Virus record (IMG/VR): IMGVR_UViG_3300003888_000077
Coordinates: 1-59,315 of that record
DNA length: 59,315 nucleotides
Strand: one strand, 5' to 3'
Source: a virus
Taxonomy: Duplodnaviria; Caudoviricetes
Part shown: positions 1-9,773 of the stretch, piece by piece
Layout: every line of letters starts with the position of its first letter
How positions within the stretch are numbered: position 1 is the first letter of the stretch
Translations under genes and position numbers: made by a program
The notes under the pieces: generated by a model
The model's input: the letters and a program-made list of their open reading frames with translations, nothing else
Database searches by the model: none
What the model was told of the DNA's origin: nothing

Positions 1-519
1 TCAAGTAATTCCAAGCCGAGCAAGTTCAGCGCTGACGCGGGCCTGAACAAGCGGTTCCAGTACCGCAGAAAAGAAGTCATCCCCGAAGCCGTTCATGGCG
101 ACGTTGACGAATCCGCAAACCACGCGGACATTTCCAAGCACATACCCTTTTGAACTCGATATTCTGTCCAGGCTCGGGGCCCATGGGCGGACTCGGAGAC
201 CTTCCGGCTTGTCGTCTCTGAATGGCAGCAGCGTGATGGCACAGCGGTTGCCCTGGCACTTCACAATGTTGGCAATATCCTGCTCTTCGATTGAGAACTC
301 CAGACCGCGCTGCCTCGCTCCCTTGCGGTGCCGAACCCAGATTTCCCGTATGACCCTAGGGTCTGTCGTGTCAATTTGGACTGGCGTGCTGAGCAGGACA
401 TTCAAACGCTGGATTGCAATATCCCTGTTTGTGCCCAGCGTCAGCCGCCTTCCGTCAGGCAGTTTTGCACGGTAGCTGGAGCCATCCAGGTAAAGGTGTT
501 TCGGTAGATCGCGTTTCAC
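1..519 (-). CDS. Integrase-arm-binding-like N-terminus fused to an HNH/His-Me-finger-like domain
   Basis: N-term RDLPKHLY..LTLGTNRDIAI resembles the lambda Int arm domain; C-term RCAIT...SLDRISSSKGYVLGNVRVVCGFVN. Confidence 0.6.
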   Translation of the reverse strand: MKRDLPKHLYLDGSSYRAKLPDGRRLTLGTNRDIAIQRLNVLLSTPVQIDTTDPRVIREIWVRHRKGARQRGLEFSIEEQDIANIVKCQGNRCAITLLPFRDDKPEGLRVRPWAPSLDRISSSKGYVLGNVRVVCGFVNVAMNGFGDDFFSAVLEPLVQARVSAELARLGIT

Positions 520-540
520 GGTGTCGCCTTCTGATTTTCT

Positions 541-1563
541 TCAAAGACCGCGGCGATTCACTTCCCGGCTGTCGTCGTAGATGCGCTTGGTGGTCGCTGT
601 ATCGGCATGCAGCTCAGGGTATTCCCGGTGCTTCTGCTTGAACTGGGTCACGAAGTAGTGGCGCAGGCTGTGCATGGTGAAGTTGACCTCCAGCTTGCCG
701 GCGTCCCGTGCCGCCTTCTTGAGGCGGGCGAACCCCAGCTTGAATGCCTGGGCGGTGTAGGCATTGCCCTTGGCGTTGGGGAACACCCAGCCGTGCCGTG
801 AATCCTCGGCTCTGGCGCGCAGCCGGTCCACCAGGTCAAGCAGCATGCCATCCATGTCGATGACCTCCACCACCTCGGTGCCCTGTTGCTTGGCCCGGAT
901 GACGCGGATCTGGGTTGCGCTGATCTGGGTCCATGACAGGGTGCGGAACTCGACGCCACGATTGCCGGCAACGGCCGCGAACTCGGCCATGCCGGCCAGC
1001 ACCTGGGCCTGCCCCTTTTGTGCCCACGCCCAGTCCAGGAAGATTTTCAGGTTTTCGGCCTCCGGCGCCTTCTGGTTGGGCCGCTCCTTGTTTTTCCTGA
1101 CCTGCTTGCAGGGATTTGTCTCCAAATCGCCACGCTCGATACCGACATTGAAAAGATTTGAAGCCAGGGCCTTTTCCTTGTTGGCACGCGATGGCGCATC
1201 AGCACGCTCTACGCGCATGTAGCGGGCCATGTGGGCTGGCTTGATGCTGTTGGGGTGCATCAGGCCGAACACCTTGAGCAGCGGAATGGAGGCCTGTTCG
1301 TAGTCTCTGCGCGTGTCCTCTGCCAGCGCGGCCCATTCCGGGCTCGCCTTGTAGAGGCGCCACAGCTCGTTCATGGTGCCGCGGTCGCCGTTGTCGCGGT
1401 TCATGTCCAGCACCGCCTGGATGGCTGCTGCCTTGTCGCGCCCCAGGGGGATCGGCTTGCCACCAACCGGGTGGTACCGGTAGGTGAATCCGTGCTTTCT
1501 GGGCACGGCCTCCATGCGCGGTAGTAGTCCCTTCGCGCTGGCTCGGTCGCGTTTGCGGCTCAT
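541..1563 (-). CDS. int: Tyrosine recombinase (phage integrase)
   Basis: GNRGVEF (R), HSLRH, HADTATTKRIY (H...Y); N-terminal arm-binding-like segment. Confidence 0.92.
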   Translation of the reverse strand: MSRKRDRASAKGLLPRMEAVPRKHGFTYRYHPVGGKPIPLGRDKAAAIQAVLDMNRDNGDRGTMNELWRLYKASPEWAALAEDTRRDYEQASIPLLKVFGLMHPNSIKPAHMARYMRVERADAPSRANKEKALASNLFNVGIERGDLETNPCKQVRKNKERPNQKAPEAENLKIFLDWAWAQKGQAQVLAGMAEFAAVAGNRGVEFRTLSWTQISATQIRVIRAKQQGTEVVEVIDMDGMLLDLVDRLRARAEDSRHGWVFPNAKGNAYTAQAFKLGFARLKKAARDAGKLEVNFTMHSLRHYFVTQFKQKHREYPELHADTATTKRIYDDSREVNRRGL

Positions 1564-1898
1564 GGCATCGTCCTCCCAATTTCGGCGGCAGTGCGGACGA
1601 TTGCACGTCGGGTAGCGGCGTAGGGGTCTTTGGACTTGTCTTCATGCGCAGCGATCATCCGGCCTTTGTTGTTGCCGTAGACGCTGATAGTCGGCTTGTC
1701 CGGGATTGTTGCGTTGATCTCCAATTGAAGCCTAACCGCAAGTCGCAGCGCATCGTCATCGTTGGTGAGCGGGTTCCACCAGCGGTATCCATAATGAACG
1801 CCGATACCGCGTTCACCGTTTGGGGCTTCACGGTACACGCCTTCAATCCCAGCAGCCTTCGCAGCCAGTGTTAGTAGTTCGCGGTCGGTATCGCTCAT
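1560..1898 (-). CDS. Conserved phage hypothetical protein
   Basis: WNPLTNDDDALRLAV and ATRRAIVRTAA segments; ATGA-coupled to both neighbours. Confidence 0.7.
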   Translation of the reverse strand: MSDTDRELLTLAAKAAGIEGVYREAPNGERGIGVHYGYRWWNPLTNDDDALRLAVRLQLEINATIPDKPTISVYGNNKGRMIAAHEDKSKDPYAATRRAIVRTAAEIGRTMP

Positions 1899-2128
1899 GC
1901 AGTGCTCCACCTTGGCTGGTTCATGTTGGCTCCGGATACCGGCGTGCCGGTGCTCTGGTCCTGCCTGGCGCTGGTCACGGCATCGTAGTGCTTCTGGTTG
2001 ACCAGTGGTCGACCGTTGGGCTTAGTGCGCACGACCAGGCCCATGCGGCGCAAGTGTCGGATCTTTGCAGCGTTCTGGGTGTATCCCTGGCAGATGTTGT
2101 CAATATCGCTGTCTGGTACGTCAGTCAT
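1895..2128 (-). CDS. DUF4224-like putative excisionase
   Basis: GYTQNAAKIRHLRRMGL...PNGRPLV; position upstream of int. Confidence 0.7.
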   Translation of the reverse strand: MTDVPDSDIDNICQGYTQNAAKIRHLRRMGLVVRTKPNGRPLVNQKHYDAVTSARQDQSTGTPVSGANMNQPRWSTA

Positions 2129-2234
2129 GGTGTCACCTTGTGCATGGGGCAGACCCAGGTGCGCAGGCCGAGGACACGTCGAAGGGTCCAGCCTTTGCCG
2201 CCCGGGCGCTTGCAATGGCAGAGCGGACAAAACC

Positions 2235-2666
2235 TCACTGGATGGTCGGCGGTGCAGGGTTCGCCAGCTTGTCGGCAGTGCCCCGCAGCATTTCCGCGGC
2301 GGCCTCGGGTCCAAAGTTGTCCGCGACCATGCCGGCCAGCACGGCCACCATTCCGGCAAACATCCTGGCCATCTGCTGGGCGGTCACATTGCTTTTCGCA
2401 ACGCTCTCGATGGCCGGCCCGATAGCGTCCGCCAGCAGCTGGCCCCCGACTTCCTCCGGCTTGCCGACGTACTCTTGCGTTTCAAGATTGACGCTGCTCT
2501 CCAAACTGGCCAGCTTGGTCTCGGCATCCTTGGCCCTGCAGTCTCCGCACTGGTAGGGTCCGCTCTGGAGTAGCGCATGACCTTCCCCTAATTGGCCGCA
2601 AATTTCCGCCGATCCGTGGCCGGTTACCGTCCTTGATCCGCAGTACGTTTTCTTTTCATTTTCCAT
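2235..2666 (-). CDS. Hypothetical protein with Cys motifs
   Basis: ORF in operon orientation; YQCGDC. Confidence 0.6.
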   Translation of the reverse strand: MENEKKTYCGSRTVTGHGSAEICGQLGEGHALLQSGPYQCGDCRAKDAETKLASLESSVNLETQEYVGKPEEVGGQLLADAIGPAIESVAKSNVTAQQMARMFAGMVAVLAGMVADNFGPEAAAEMLRGTADKLANPAPPTIQ

Positions 2667-2734
2667 TGTCAAACTTCCTAAAAACTGGCTATAGCCATTG
2701 TTGATGGGGATATGCAGCTATCAATGTGATAGCG

Positions 2735-3181
2735 CTAGAACGGGATTTCGTCCGAGTCATCATCGAAACCGGCCGGCTGCCTGGGAGGGGGTGCCTGCCG
2801 CGCGCGCGGCGCTGAGTTCGTTGATGGGCCCTGTGCTGGCTGGGGGCGCTGGCCATTGTCTTTTGGCGTGGCAAAGTCGAAGCTTTGCATGCGAGCGACC
2901 ATCTTGTGGCCCGATTCGCCGCCACGCTTGGTGTAGTCCTCGATGTGCACATCCTCCAGAACCGCATGGATCAGCATTCCCTTGAGCATGTTGGGTGCGG
3001 CCTTTGCGGCATATTCGCCCCAGAACCCGGCCTCAATCCATTGGGTCTGCCGGCTGCCATCGTCAGCTTTTTTCCCGAAGTTGTAGGCCAGAGACAGGGT
3101 GACGACGGGTTGGCCATTTGGAAGGTAGCGGACCTCTGCATCGCGGCCGATACGCATCAGGCCTGACGTTATGACTGGCAT
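2735..3181 (-). CDS. ssb: Single-stranded DNA-binding protein
   Basis: GRDAEVRYLPNG OB-fold start; acidic tail DDDSDEIPF. Confidence 0.92.
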   Translation of the reverse strand: MPVITSGLMRIGRDAEVRYLPNGQPVVTLSLAYNFGKKADDGSRQTQWIEAGFWGEYAAKAAPNMLKGMLIHAVLEDVHIEDYTKRGGESGHKMVARMQSFDFATPKDNGQRPQPAQGPSTNSAPRARQAPPPRQPAGFDDDSDEIPF

Positions 3182-3561
3182 TCTGGTTCCTCTTGCTGTT
3201 CGACTTTTGTGACGGACCCGAAGGCACTCAGTGCGGCCTTGGCCAGACTGAGCGTTTCGGTCGCCTCGACTTCCTGCTGGCTGATGATCTCCAAATGCCG
3301 CCGCTTCCGTGCGACCAGGCGTTCCAGTGCCTCCTCCTTTGTCGGACTGATCCAGCGCGCGCCAGATGCCAGGGCAAAACGCGGCTTTCTCCAGTGCCGT
3401 TCAACGCATTGGAACCATGCGCCGCGAGGCGTTATCCTGGTGACGCGCCAGCTTGTCCATCCAAGCTCCATGCCTACGTACTGCTCGGATCCGTCGTCTA
3501 TCCACTCGCCGTCGACGCGGTACCAGATGTCGCCTACTTGAGGTAGCTTGACGCCGCTCAT
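3169..3561 (-). CDS. Hypothetical phage protein
   Basis: ORF overlapping both neighbours in the operon. Confidence 0.65.
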   Translation of the reverse strand: MSGVKLPQVGDIWYRVDGEWIDDGSEQYVGMELGWTSWRVTRITPRGAWFQCVERHWRKPRFALASGARWISPTKEEALERLVARKRRHLEIISQQEVEATETLSLAKAALSAFGSVTKVEQQEEPECQS

Positions 3562-5258
3562 ACAGCACCGCCTTCCGTGTCGTCAGGCTTCTTGCGCTCG
3601 ATGCCTGCCAACATGAAATTGGTGAAGGCTTTGCATCCTTCCCGAAGCTCAGTCAGCTCCGCATCGCACTCGTCACGAACCGCCAGCCACTTCGGCCAAA
3701 TTTCCTTCGGCGCGTGCTGCAGGGCATTGCTCAGTGCGTGGCGCAGTCGGTCGGCCACGTCGATTGCTGCGAGCGTGTTGGCGCGTTCTGCTGTCAAAGA
3801 CACGTGCTGTACGACCGGCAATGGAGAGTGCTTCGGCTTCGCGGCCTGTTTTGCTCGGATCGCCTCCACCTTGGTCCAAATCCTAGCCAACTCGGTTTCG
3901 CCACATGCGTGCATATCAATTTGCTGGGCAAGGCACAGTGCAGCAAGCGTAACCATCACCCCGCCTACCTCTTGTTGAGTTTCACCAACTGGACGGTCAA
4001 ACACATAGTCAACCAGTTGATGCGCCTCACTCTGGGTGCATCCGCAGGCTTGGACAAGCTCCAATGATTCCTCAAGAAATCTGTGATTGCGCTCGCTCTT
4101 GTCAGCCGCTATGGTTGCTCCAAAGCAGGAATGAAGCCACGGCAGAACACGTTGCTGAAATGGCTCCACCTGCTGCGTTGCCTTCAATCTTGCGTTCTCG
4201 TTTGTCAGCCTCGCAATTTCAGTACGCAGTTCGCAGTATCCATCCATGTGCTCATGCGGGTGGCTTCGCGTGCATTGAGGAACCGGCCGAGCTGCCTGCG
4301 CTCCTGAATTGATAGCTGCCGGCGAAGTGTTGGCGCGTTCTGTGGAGTTCAGGCCTAGCGCAGCCACGCGGCGGTACTTTTCTTCCGTGTCGTGACCATC
4401 CCACGGTTTGTCATAGGGCGGCAGGCCATCGAACAGGTATTCCTGCGAATCGTGGAAATGCCAGCTCACCTGTCCGGTCGGAAGGTCGATATAGACGCAA
4501 CCGTGCCAGTCCTCGCTCCAGCCTTCAATAGCGGTCCTGGCAGTGCCTGATGGGAAGCACTTGGCGAGGGCCGCCACGACCTTGTTGCGCTCAAGGTAGG
4601 CTGCATCCTTGCGGCCTTCCATGTCGGCAACGCGGCGGTCGCCGTATTCGCGCATGTCGTCGATGTCATACACGCATCCAGGGTCATCGTGCCCAACCGG
4701 GTATGCTACCCCACCGACCCGCAGCTCTTCATCACGGTCAGCACGGCCAGCGGCGTAGGCTGCATGTGCTGTCAGATCGGACTTTGCTACAGAATCAGTA
4801 GCTTTATGAGCAGATTCGACGAGGGCTGGAGCCGGTTTTGTGATGCTATCTTGGCAAGGATCATTGCTGCCTGTGCATGCGTTCAGGTGGTTGTTAGCGC
4901 GCGGACACCGTTTGTTTCCGCACTCAGGGCACACCGCCATGCGCACGCTTCCCAGGTCGGTGTAGTCGATTGGTCGGCACGTCAGGCACCAGCAATCACG
5001 CTTTACAAGCGGCGGCTTCCACAACTCGCCACCCAGGTACGTGTAGCCCAGGTGCTCCAGGGTCTTGATGGCCGCCTGATGTTCGGCGCGGCGTGCCGCG
5101 GATTCCTCGAATTCTCCGCAATATTGGGTCTTCTTCACATAGGGAAAAACAGCCTTCGCATTTCCGATGATGCTACCGGTCATTGAGGGCGCGCGCTTGC
5201 GGCACTCAAGGTAGTCAGTTCCGATGAAATTGGAGTGCTGGCAACTCTCGCAGTTCAT
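3558..5258 (-). CDS. Mosaic protein: Cys-rich modules, WDGH domain and MazG-like helical domain
   Basis: IDLPTGQVSWHF...WDGHDTEEKY; RFLEESLELVQA...EVGGVMVTLAAL. Confidence 0.65.
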   Translation of the reverse strand: MNCESCQHSNFIGTDYLECRKRAPSMTGSIIGNAKAVFPYVKKTQYCGEFEESAARRAEHQAAIKTLEHLGYTYLGGELWKPPLVKRDCWCLTCRPIDYTDLGSVRMAVCPECGNKRCPRANNHLNACTGSNDPCQDSITKPAPALVESAHKATDSVAKSDLTAHAAYAAGRADRDEELRVGGVAYPVGHDDPGCVYDIDDMREYGDRRVADMEGRKDAAYLERNKVVAALAKCFPSGTARTAIEGWSEDWHGCVYIDLPTGQVSWHFHDSQEYLFDGLPPYDKPWDGHDTEEKYRRVAALGLNSTERANTSPAAINSGAQAARPVPQCTRSHPHEHMDGYCELRTEIARLTNENARLKATQQVEPFQQRVLPWLHSCFGATIAADKSERNHRFLEESLELVQACGCTQSEAHQLVDYVFDRPVGETQQEVGGVMVTLAALCLAQQIDMHACGETELARIWTKVEAIRAKQAAKPKHSPLPVVQHVSLTAERANTLAAIDVADRLRHALSNALQHAPKEIWPKWLAVRDECDAELTELREGCKAFTNFMLAGIERKKPDDTEGGAV

Positions 5259-5291
5259 GGTGTCAGTTCCTTTCCAGGGTGCTGGAGTTGA

Positions 5292-5462
5292 TCAGTGCCC
5301 GCAGGCCAGAGAGCCGTCAGCTTCTTCGCGCTGGCCACAGCTCAGGCAGATGCGACGGTGATTGGCGGCAGTGTTGGGCGCCGTTCCGCTTTGGCCCTGG
5401 TCCGCACCTTGCTGCTGGTCAGCCTTGGGCACCGCGTTCGTGTTGGTATCGGTGGAATTCAT
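5292..5462 (-). CDS. Small hypothetical protein (56 aa, CxxC...CGH)
   Basis: ATGA overlap with the rdgC stop; too short for the ORF track. Confidence 0.45.
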   Translation of the reverse strand: MNSTDTNTNAVPKADQQQGADQGQSGTAPNTAANHRRICLSCGQREEADGSLACGH

Positions 5463-6592
5463 TGCTTCGCACCCTTCATTGCTGGCAGCAGGTCGCGCTG
5501 GCCACTCGACTTCATGGCAGAAATGAGGCCGGCGGTTTCCATGTCTTCCAGCAGCCGGGCGGCTCGGTTGTAGCCAATGGCCAGATGCCGCTGCACCAGG
5601 CTGATGCTGGCCTTTTGGTGCTCGCGCACGAGGGCCACAGCTTGGTCATAGAGCGGATCCGGATCGCCGGCCGTTGGCGCGGAAGCTGGTTGAACGGATT
5701 CACCGCCAAGCGCCTGTATCAGGTCAGGGATCAGCTTGCGCAGCTCGCCGGTGGCGATGGCCACGTCCGCGTCGAAATGGTCTTCCTGGCCGTCGCCGGG
5801 GCTGGCTGCATTGCCCTCGAAAACCGTGTCCAGGAACGCCAGCTTCTTGAGCTGCAGGCCTTCCGTCAGAACGAACGACACGCGGTCGCTCCAGGTCAGC
5901 GCGACCTTGGTCGGCATCTTGCCCTGGGCAATGTGCTGGGCTACCTCGTCAATGTCCAGCGCGTGGCGGCCATAGCGCACCACGGCGCGGGATTCGTCGG
6001 CAGCCTTGAGCTCGCATTCACGGTCCACGCTGAAACTTGGCGGAGCTTCCTTGGTGCCAAGCCAGTGCGCCATGGCCGCTGCCGGAGATGTCTCGGTGTG
6101 AACCAGCTGCACGACAAGGCCGTCAATCGATTGCACCAGGGCGGTCATCACCGCGTCGGCCTTGGCCTGGCTGCCCGCATCGGTCACGAGGATTCCGGTC
6201 GCAGGGTCGGCCCAGACCAGAATGCTGGATTGCTTGGTGAAAGCCATGGGTAGCAGCGACAAGCGAACCTCGTCGGCAATCTCGCGCTTTTCCTTCTTGC
6301 CAGGTTTGCGGCCGGTTGTGGCTTCAAGGTGCTCGACCTGCTCTTGCACCTTGCGGCGGATGACGGATGCCGGGATGGTCTTGACCTCGGTAGTCAGCTT
6401 GAGCATCCACTGGCCGCCGACCACCTCAACCATGGGGCCGTTGGCGTGGCCGCGAGGCTCTACCCAGCCGACCGACTTTGCCTGAGTTGGGCCGCAGGGG
6501 GTGAATGGGGCCTTTTGCAGTGTTGCATCCAGATGCAACGCCGATGCCGGCCATCCCGACACTAGGCGGTAGATCATCAAATTCTTGAACAT
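5459..6592 (-). CDS. rdgC: Recombination-associated protein RdgC with a C-terminal FtsK-gamma domain
   Basis: MFKNLMIYRL start, HFDADVAIATGEL; tail DPLYDQAV...ASISLVQRHLAIGYNRAARLLEDME. Confidence 0.92.
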   Translation of the reverse strand: MFKNLMIYRLVSGWPASALHLDATLQKAPFTPCGPTQAKSVGWVEPRGHANGPMVEVVGGQWMLKLTTEVKTIPASVIRRKVQEQVEHLEATTGRKPGKKEKREIADEVRLSLLPMAFTKQSSILVWADPATGILVTDAGSQAKADAVMTALVQSIDGLVVQLVHTETSPAAAMAHWLGTKEAPPSFSVDRECELKAADESRAVVRYGRHALDIDEVAQHIAQGKMPTKVALTWSDRVSFVLTEGLQLKKLAFLDTVFEGNAASPGDGQEDHFDADVAIATGELRKLIPDLIQALGGESVQPASAPTAGDPDPLYDQAVALVREHQKASISLVQRHLAIGYNRAARLLEDMETAGLISAMKSSGQRDLLPAMKGAKQ

Positions 6593-6742
6593 GCTGTTTC
6601 CTATGGGTGGTGGGGCGTGTGGGCTACCTTCACTGCGTCCTAAGCGCTTGCCTCGCCTGCGTTATGCAAGGGTCAACGGTGCTCGTCCCGTGGGGATATG
6701 GCTTTCCATTCCAGATCCAGTCATGCACACGCCCCAAAAAAA

Positions 6743-7045
6743 TCAAGCGTGGGCCGGTGCCTTGGGGGCCGGTTCGGGGTGGTACTTCGTGAACGGCAGG
6801 CTCTTGATGTGCTTGCCGAAGTGGACGCCGATGGACTCTGCCTTGATGAAGTCCTCGTACTGCTGGCGCGTCACGCCGGGGTAGTGGTAGATGGCGCCTG
6901 CGCCGTGGCAGAACTGTACGGCGAGCGTGTTGGTGCCGTCGTCAAAGCCAATGGCCTTGACCTGGGACGATTTGACCGGGTTCAGGCTGATGTGGGGGCG
7001 CTTGTCAGTGGAATACGCCTGGGGTGCTTGGTACTTCTGGTTCAT
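6743..7045 (-). CDS. KTSC domain protein
   Basis: VKSSQVKAIGFD...LAVQF...YHYPGV...AESIGVHF. Confidence 0.88.
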   Translation of the reverse strand: MNQKYQAPQAYSTDKRPHISLNPVKSSQVKAIGFDDGTNTLAVQFCHGAGAIYHYPGVTRQQYEDFIKAESIGVHFGKHIKSLPFTKYHPEPAPKAPAHA

Positions 7046-7070
7046 GGTTCTCTCCTTGGTGGTTGGTAAA

Positions 7071-8018
7071 TCAGGCGGCGCGAGCGGACATCGTGCGTTT
7101 CTGGAACACGTGCACGCCGGGCAGGTTGGTGTTCAGGCCCAGGCCGCGGACGTAGGCGCGCAGCTTCACGCTGTCGACGGACAGCAGGGCAATCAGTTCG
7201 GGGTGGGCTGCCACGTGCTGGACCAGCGAAATCAGGCTCTTGACCTCGTAATCGACGGTCCCCTTGACGCTGGTGCCGGAGGCCTTGGCCGCCTCGGTGC
7301 TGGCAACCGGTGCAGCGATGACCGACGACACCACGCGCAGCGCGGCGACGGATTCATTGGCGCTGACAGCCACTTCATTTGCGCGCTGCTCGGCCTGCTG
7401 GCTCTGCAATTCGGCATGTACACGCGATGCCTCGGCCTGGCGGCGGGCTTCTTCGGCTGCGGCCTGGTCCCCGGCTGCGGCTGCGGCTGCGGCTTCCTGT
7501 GCCAGTCGTTCCTGTTCGGCCTTGGCAGCTGCGGCGACGGCTGCGGCCTCGTCCTCGATGCGTTTGCGCTCGGCTGCGGCCTGTAGCTCCAGCTGGCGGG
7601 CTTCCTCTGCCAGGCGGCGGCGCTCGGCCTCTGCAGCTTCTTCTGCAATGCGGCGCGCATCGGCGGCTTTGCGCTGCTGCTCGTCGTAGTAGGTCAGCAT
7701 CGAGCCCTTGATGGCGTTCTCTGCGGCCGTCAGGTCGGCCATGGGGGCACGGAACAGGTCGTTCACTGCCTTGAGTGCCTTGTTCATGGGACCGGTAATG
7801 GCCGTCCGAGCGGCTTCCATGCGGGTGATGCGACCCTTCACGGACTGGAGTTCTTCGCCGGCCAGGCGGTAGTCGTCATCGCTGGTGATGACGAACGACT
7901 GGGCCATGCGCAGCGCGGATGCCGCGGTGCGATTCATCACGGCCATGTCGGGGATGGCGAGGGATTTGACTTCTGTCAGAACGCCTGTGTCTTGGGCGGT
8001 TGTTGCTTCGGTATTCAT
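7071..8018 (-). CDS. Coiled-coil protein of the recombination module
   Basis: Ala/Glu/Arg-rich helix; C-term LPGVHVF. Confidence 0.75.
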   Translation of the reverse strand: MNTEATTAQDTGVLTEVKSLAIPDMAVMNRTAASALRMAQSFVITSDDDYRLAGEELQSVKGRITRMEAARTAITGPMNKALKAVNDLFRAPMADLTAAENAIKGSMLTYYDEQQRKAADARRIAEEAAEAERRRLAEEARQLELQAAAERKRIEDEAAAVAAAAKAEQERLAQEAAAAAAAGDQAAAEEARRQAEASRVHAELQSQQAEQRANEVAVSANESVAALRVVSSVIAAPVASTEAAKASGTSVKGTVDYEVKSLISLVQHVAAHPELIALLSVDSVKLRAYVRGLGLNTNLPGVHVFQKRTMSARAA

Positions 8019-8617
8019 AGCGAGTGACGCTCCTTGAAACGCTGCACGGTCAGCAGGGAAAGGAAAACAGGGAAGTCGGACGGGTCCGTGAACTCGTGCA
8101 ACTTGTAGGTACCGTCAGGAAACAGCTGCAGGGCACCGCGGCGTGCCGGTTGCTTGCGGCCATTGGCCCGGAACATTTCTGTGTAGGCGGCGGTTTGCAG
8201 GCCCACGATGGGGCTCATGGAGACGGTGCTTTTCAGGTCAACGTCCCAGAGGTCGCCGCCCATGGCATAGCAGCGGTCGATAGTCCCGGCATAGCGGTGC
8301 ACGGGGTGATACAGGCGCTGCTCATTGGCCACAACTGACAGGCGCTTGTCGGACTTGAACCGCTTGTAGCCCGCCAGGTAGCCCGCAATCGGCACCAGGG
8401 CAGCGCGGCCCTCGTCGGATTCCTCGTCGAGGTCATCGTTGTCCAGCAGTTCGCAAGCGCGGTGCACAGCAGTGCCAAGTGCTGCCTTGGCATTCAGGAC
8501 TTCCCTGGGCACGCCGTCAAAGTTGTAGAGCGGCTTGAGCACCTGGGTGACGCTGGGCATGACAACGCCATCCAGCGTGTATTGGTGCAAGGCTTCATCG
8601 AACTGCAGAGAGGCCAT
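8015..8617 (-). CDS. PD-(D/E)XK exonuclease-like protein
   Basis: PSVTQVL, GTAVH, YAGTIDR, VDLKS, LQTAAY. Confidence 0.85.
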   Translation of the reverse strand: MASLQFDEALHQYTLDGVVMPSVTQVLKPLYNFDGVPREVLNAKAALGTAVHRACELLDNDDLDEESDEGRAALVPIAGYLAGYKRFKSDKRLSVVANEQRLYHPVHRYAGTIDRCYAMGGDLWDVDLKSTVSMSPIVGLQTAAYTEMFRANGRKQPARRGALQLFPDGTYKLHEFTDPSDFPVFLSLLTVQRFKERHSL

Positions 8618-8619
8618 GT

Positions 8620-9711
8620 TCAGGCACCCATCGACAGCAGTTCGGCCTTGATGGTGTCGAACTGCTCGGCATTGAGCTGTGTCAGCGTGTCGGCACCAAT
8701 GCGCGCCAGCATTGCGGCCACTGCGGACTCGGGCAGCTCCAGGGCCTTGATCTTGGTTTCCAGGTATTTCACCTGGCCGGCGTTGATCGTCGGTATTTCA
8801 CCGGTGGCCGGGTCTGCCTTGCTGGCTGCCGTTGCCTTGGGTGTGGGATCACCCTGGGGCTGATCTGTGGTTGGAGCAGGACCAGTGCCGGCGCCTGCCT
8901 CGGCAGCCTCAACAACGGTAGCCGCTGCAGCGGCGGCCTTGGCCGCAGACTTCGACACCGGGGCCGGCGGTGGCTCTGGCATGGTCGACTTTGGCATGGA
9001 GTAGGTGCCATCGTCCTGGCGCTCCACATCAATGATGTCCGGCACTTCCTCGGCGGCTGGCAGGCCCATCAGCAGCTCCGGTGCGTAGATGCGGCCGAAA
9101 AATGCGGCAGATCGGTAGCGCAGCATCAGGTCTGGCATGGATTGCCACTTGCTGCCGTTCTTGCCGTACCAGCCTTCATTGACGGCCATTTCCATCGTCA
9201 CCTTGGGAGACTCAAGGCGGGTATTGGTGGAGAGTTCGATTGCCCAGGCAATGCATGTCGCGTTGCGCACGCGGACTTTGGATGTGACGGCCTTCTTTTT
9301 GTTGTTTTCCCACTCGTAGGTGGTGTAACTGGCTTCAATCTCTTCGCCCAGCGTGATGTCAAAGCGCAGGGGCGAATAGCGGCCACAGGAGTTGATCGCG
9401 GCGATGATGAACTGGCTCGACCAGCTGGGCCGCCCTTCAATGACGTGCAGGTTCTGCATGATCATCAGCGGGTCGGCATTCATGCGCTGAGACATGTTCA
9501 GGGCGACCATGCAATTGGGGATGGCCGCGGGGTTGTCTTCGATGGTCTGGTTCTGGCCGTAGCCCTTGACGATGGTGGCCCGGTACGCGGTCGGCACCAT
9601 GGACGACTGGGAGAACATCTTTGCTGTCCGTTGCATGAATTCAAAGGACTCAAGGCTCCCAAAGCCCATCGTGACAACGGCATTGGATTCAGTGGTGGTG
9701 AGTGCGTTCAT
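8620..9711 (-). CDS. RecT/Red-beta-like ssDNA annealing protein
   Basis: MQNLHVIEGRP, WQSMPDLMLRYRSAAFFGRIYAPELLMG; next to the exonuclease. Confidence 0.8.
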   Translation of the reverse strand: MNALTTTESNAVVTMGFGSLESFEFMQRTAKMFSQSSMVPTAYRATIVKGYGQNQTIEDNPAAIPNCMVALNMSQRMNADPLMIMQNLHVIEGRPSWSSQFIIAAINSCGRYSPLRFDITLGEEIEASYTTYEWENNKKKAVTSKVRVRNATCIAWAIELSTNTRLESPKVTMEMAVNEGWYGKNGSKWQSMPDLMLRYRSAAFFGRIYAPELLMGLPAAEEVPDIIDVERQDDGTYSMPKSTMPEPPPAPVSKSAAKAAAAAATVVEAAEAGAGTGPAPTTDQPQGDPTPKATAASKADPATGEIPTINAGQVKYLETKIKALELPESAVAAMLARIGADTLTQLNAEQFDTIKAELLSMGA

Positions 9712-9773
9712 ATCTACTTTCAGGTGGTTGGTAAAAATAACCGATAACGGATATTGATGGGCGAGCGAAGGCG

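Noticed and set aside
8015-8617. Cas4 of a CRISPR system
   Set aside because: It lacks the Fe-S cysteine set and sits in an exonuclease/annealase recombination module
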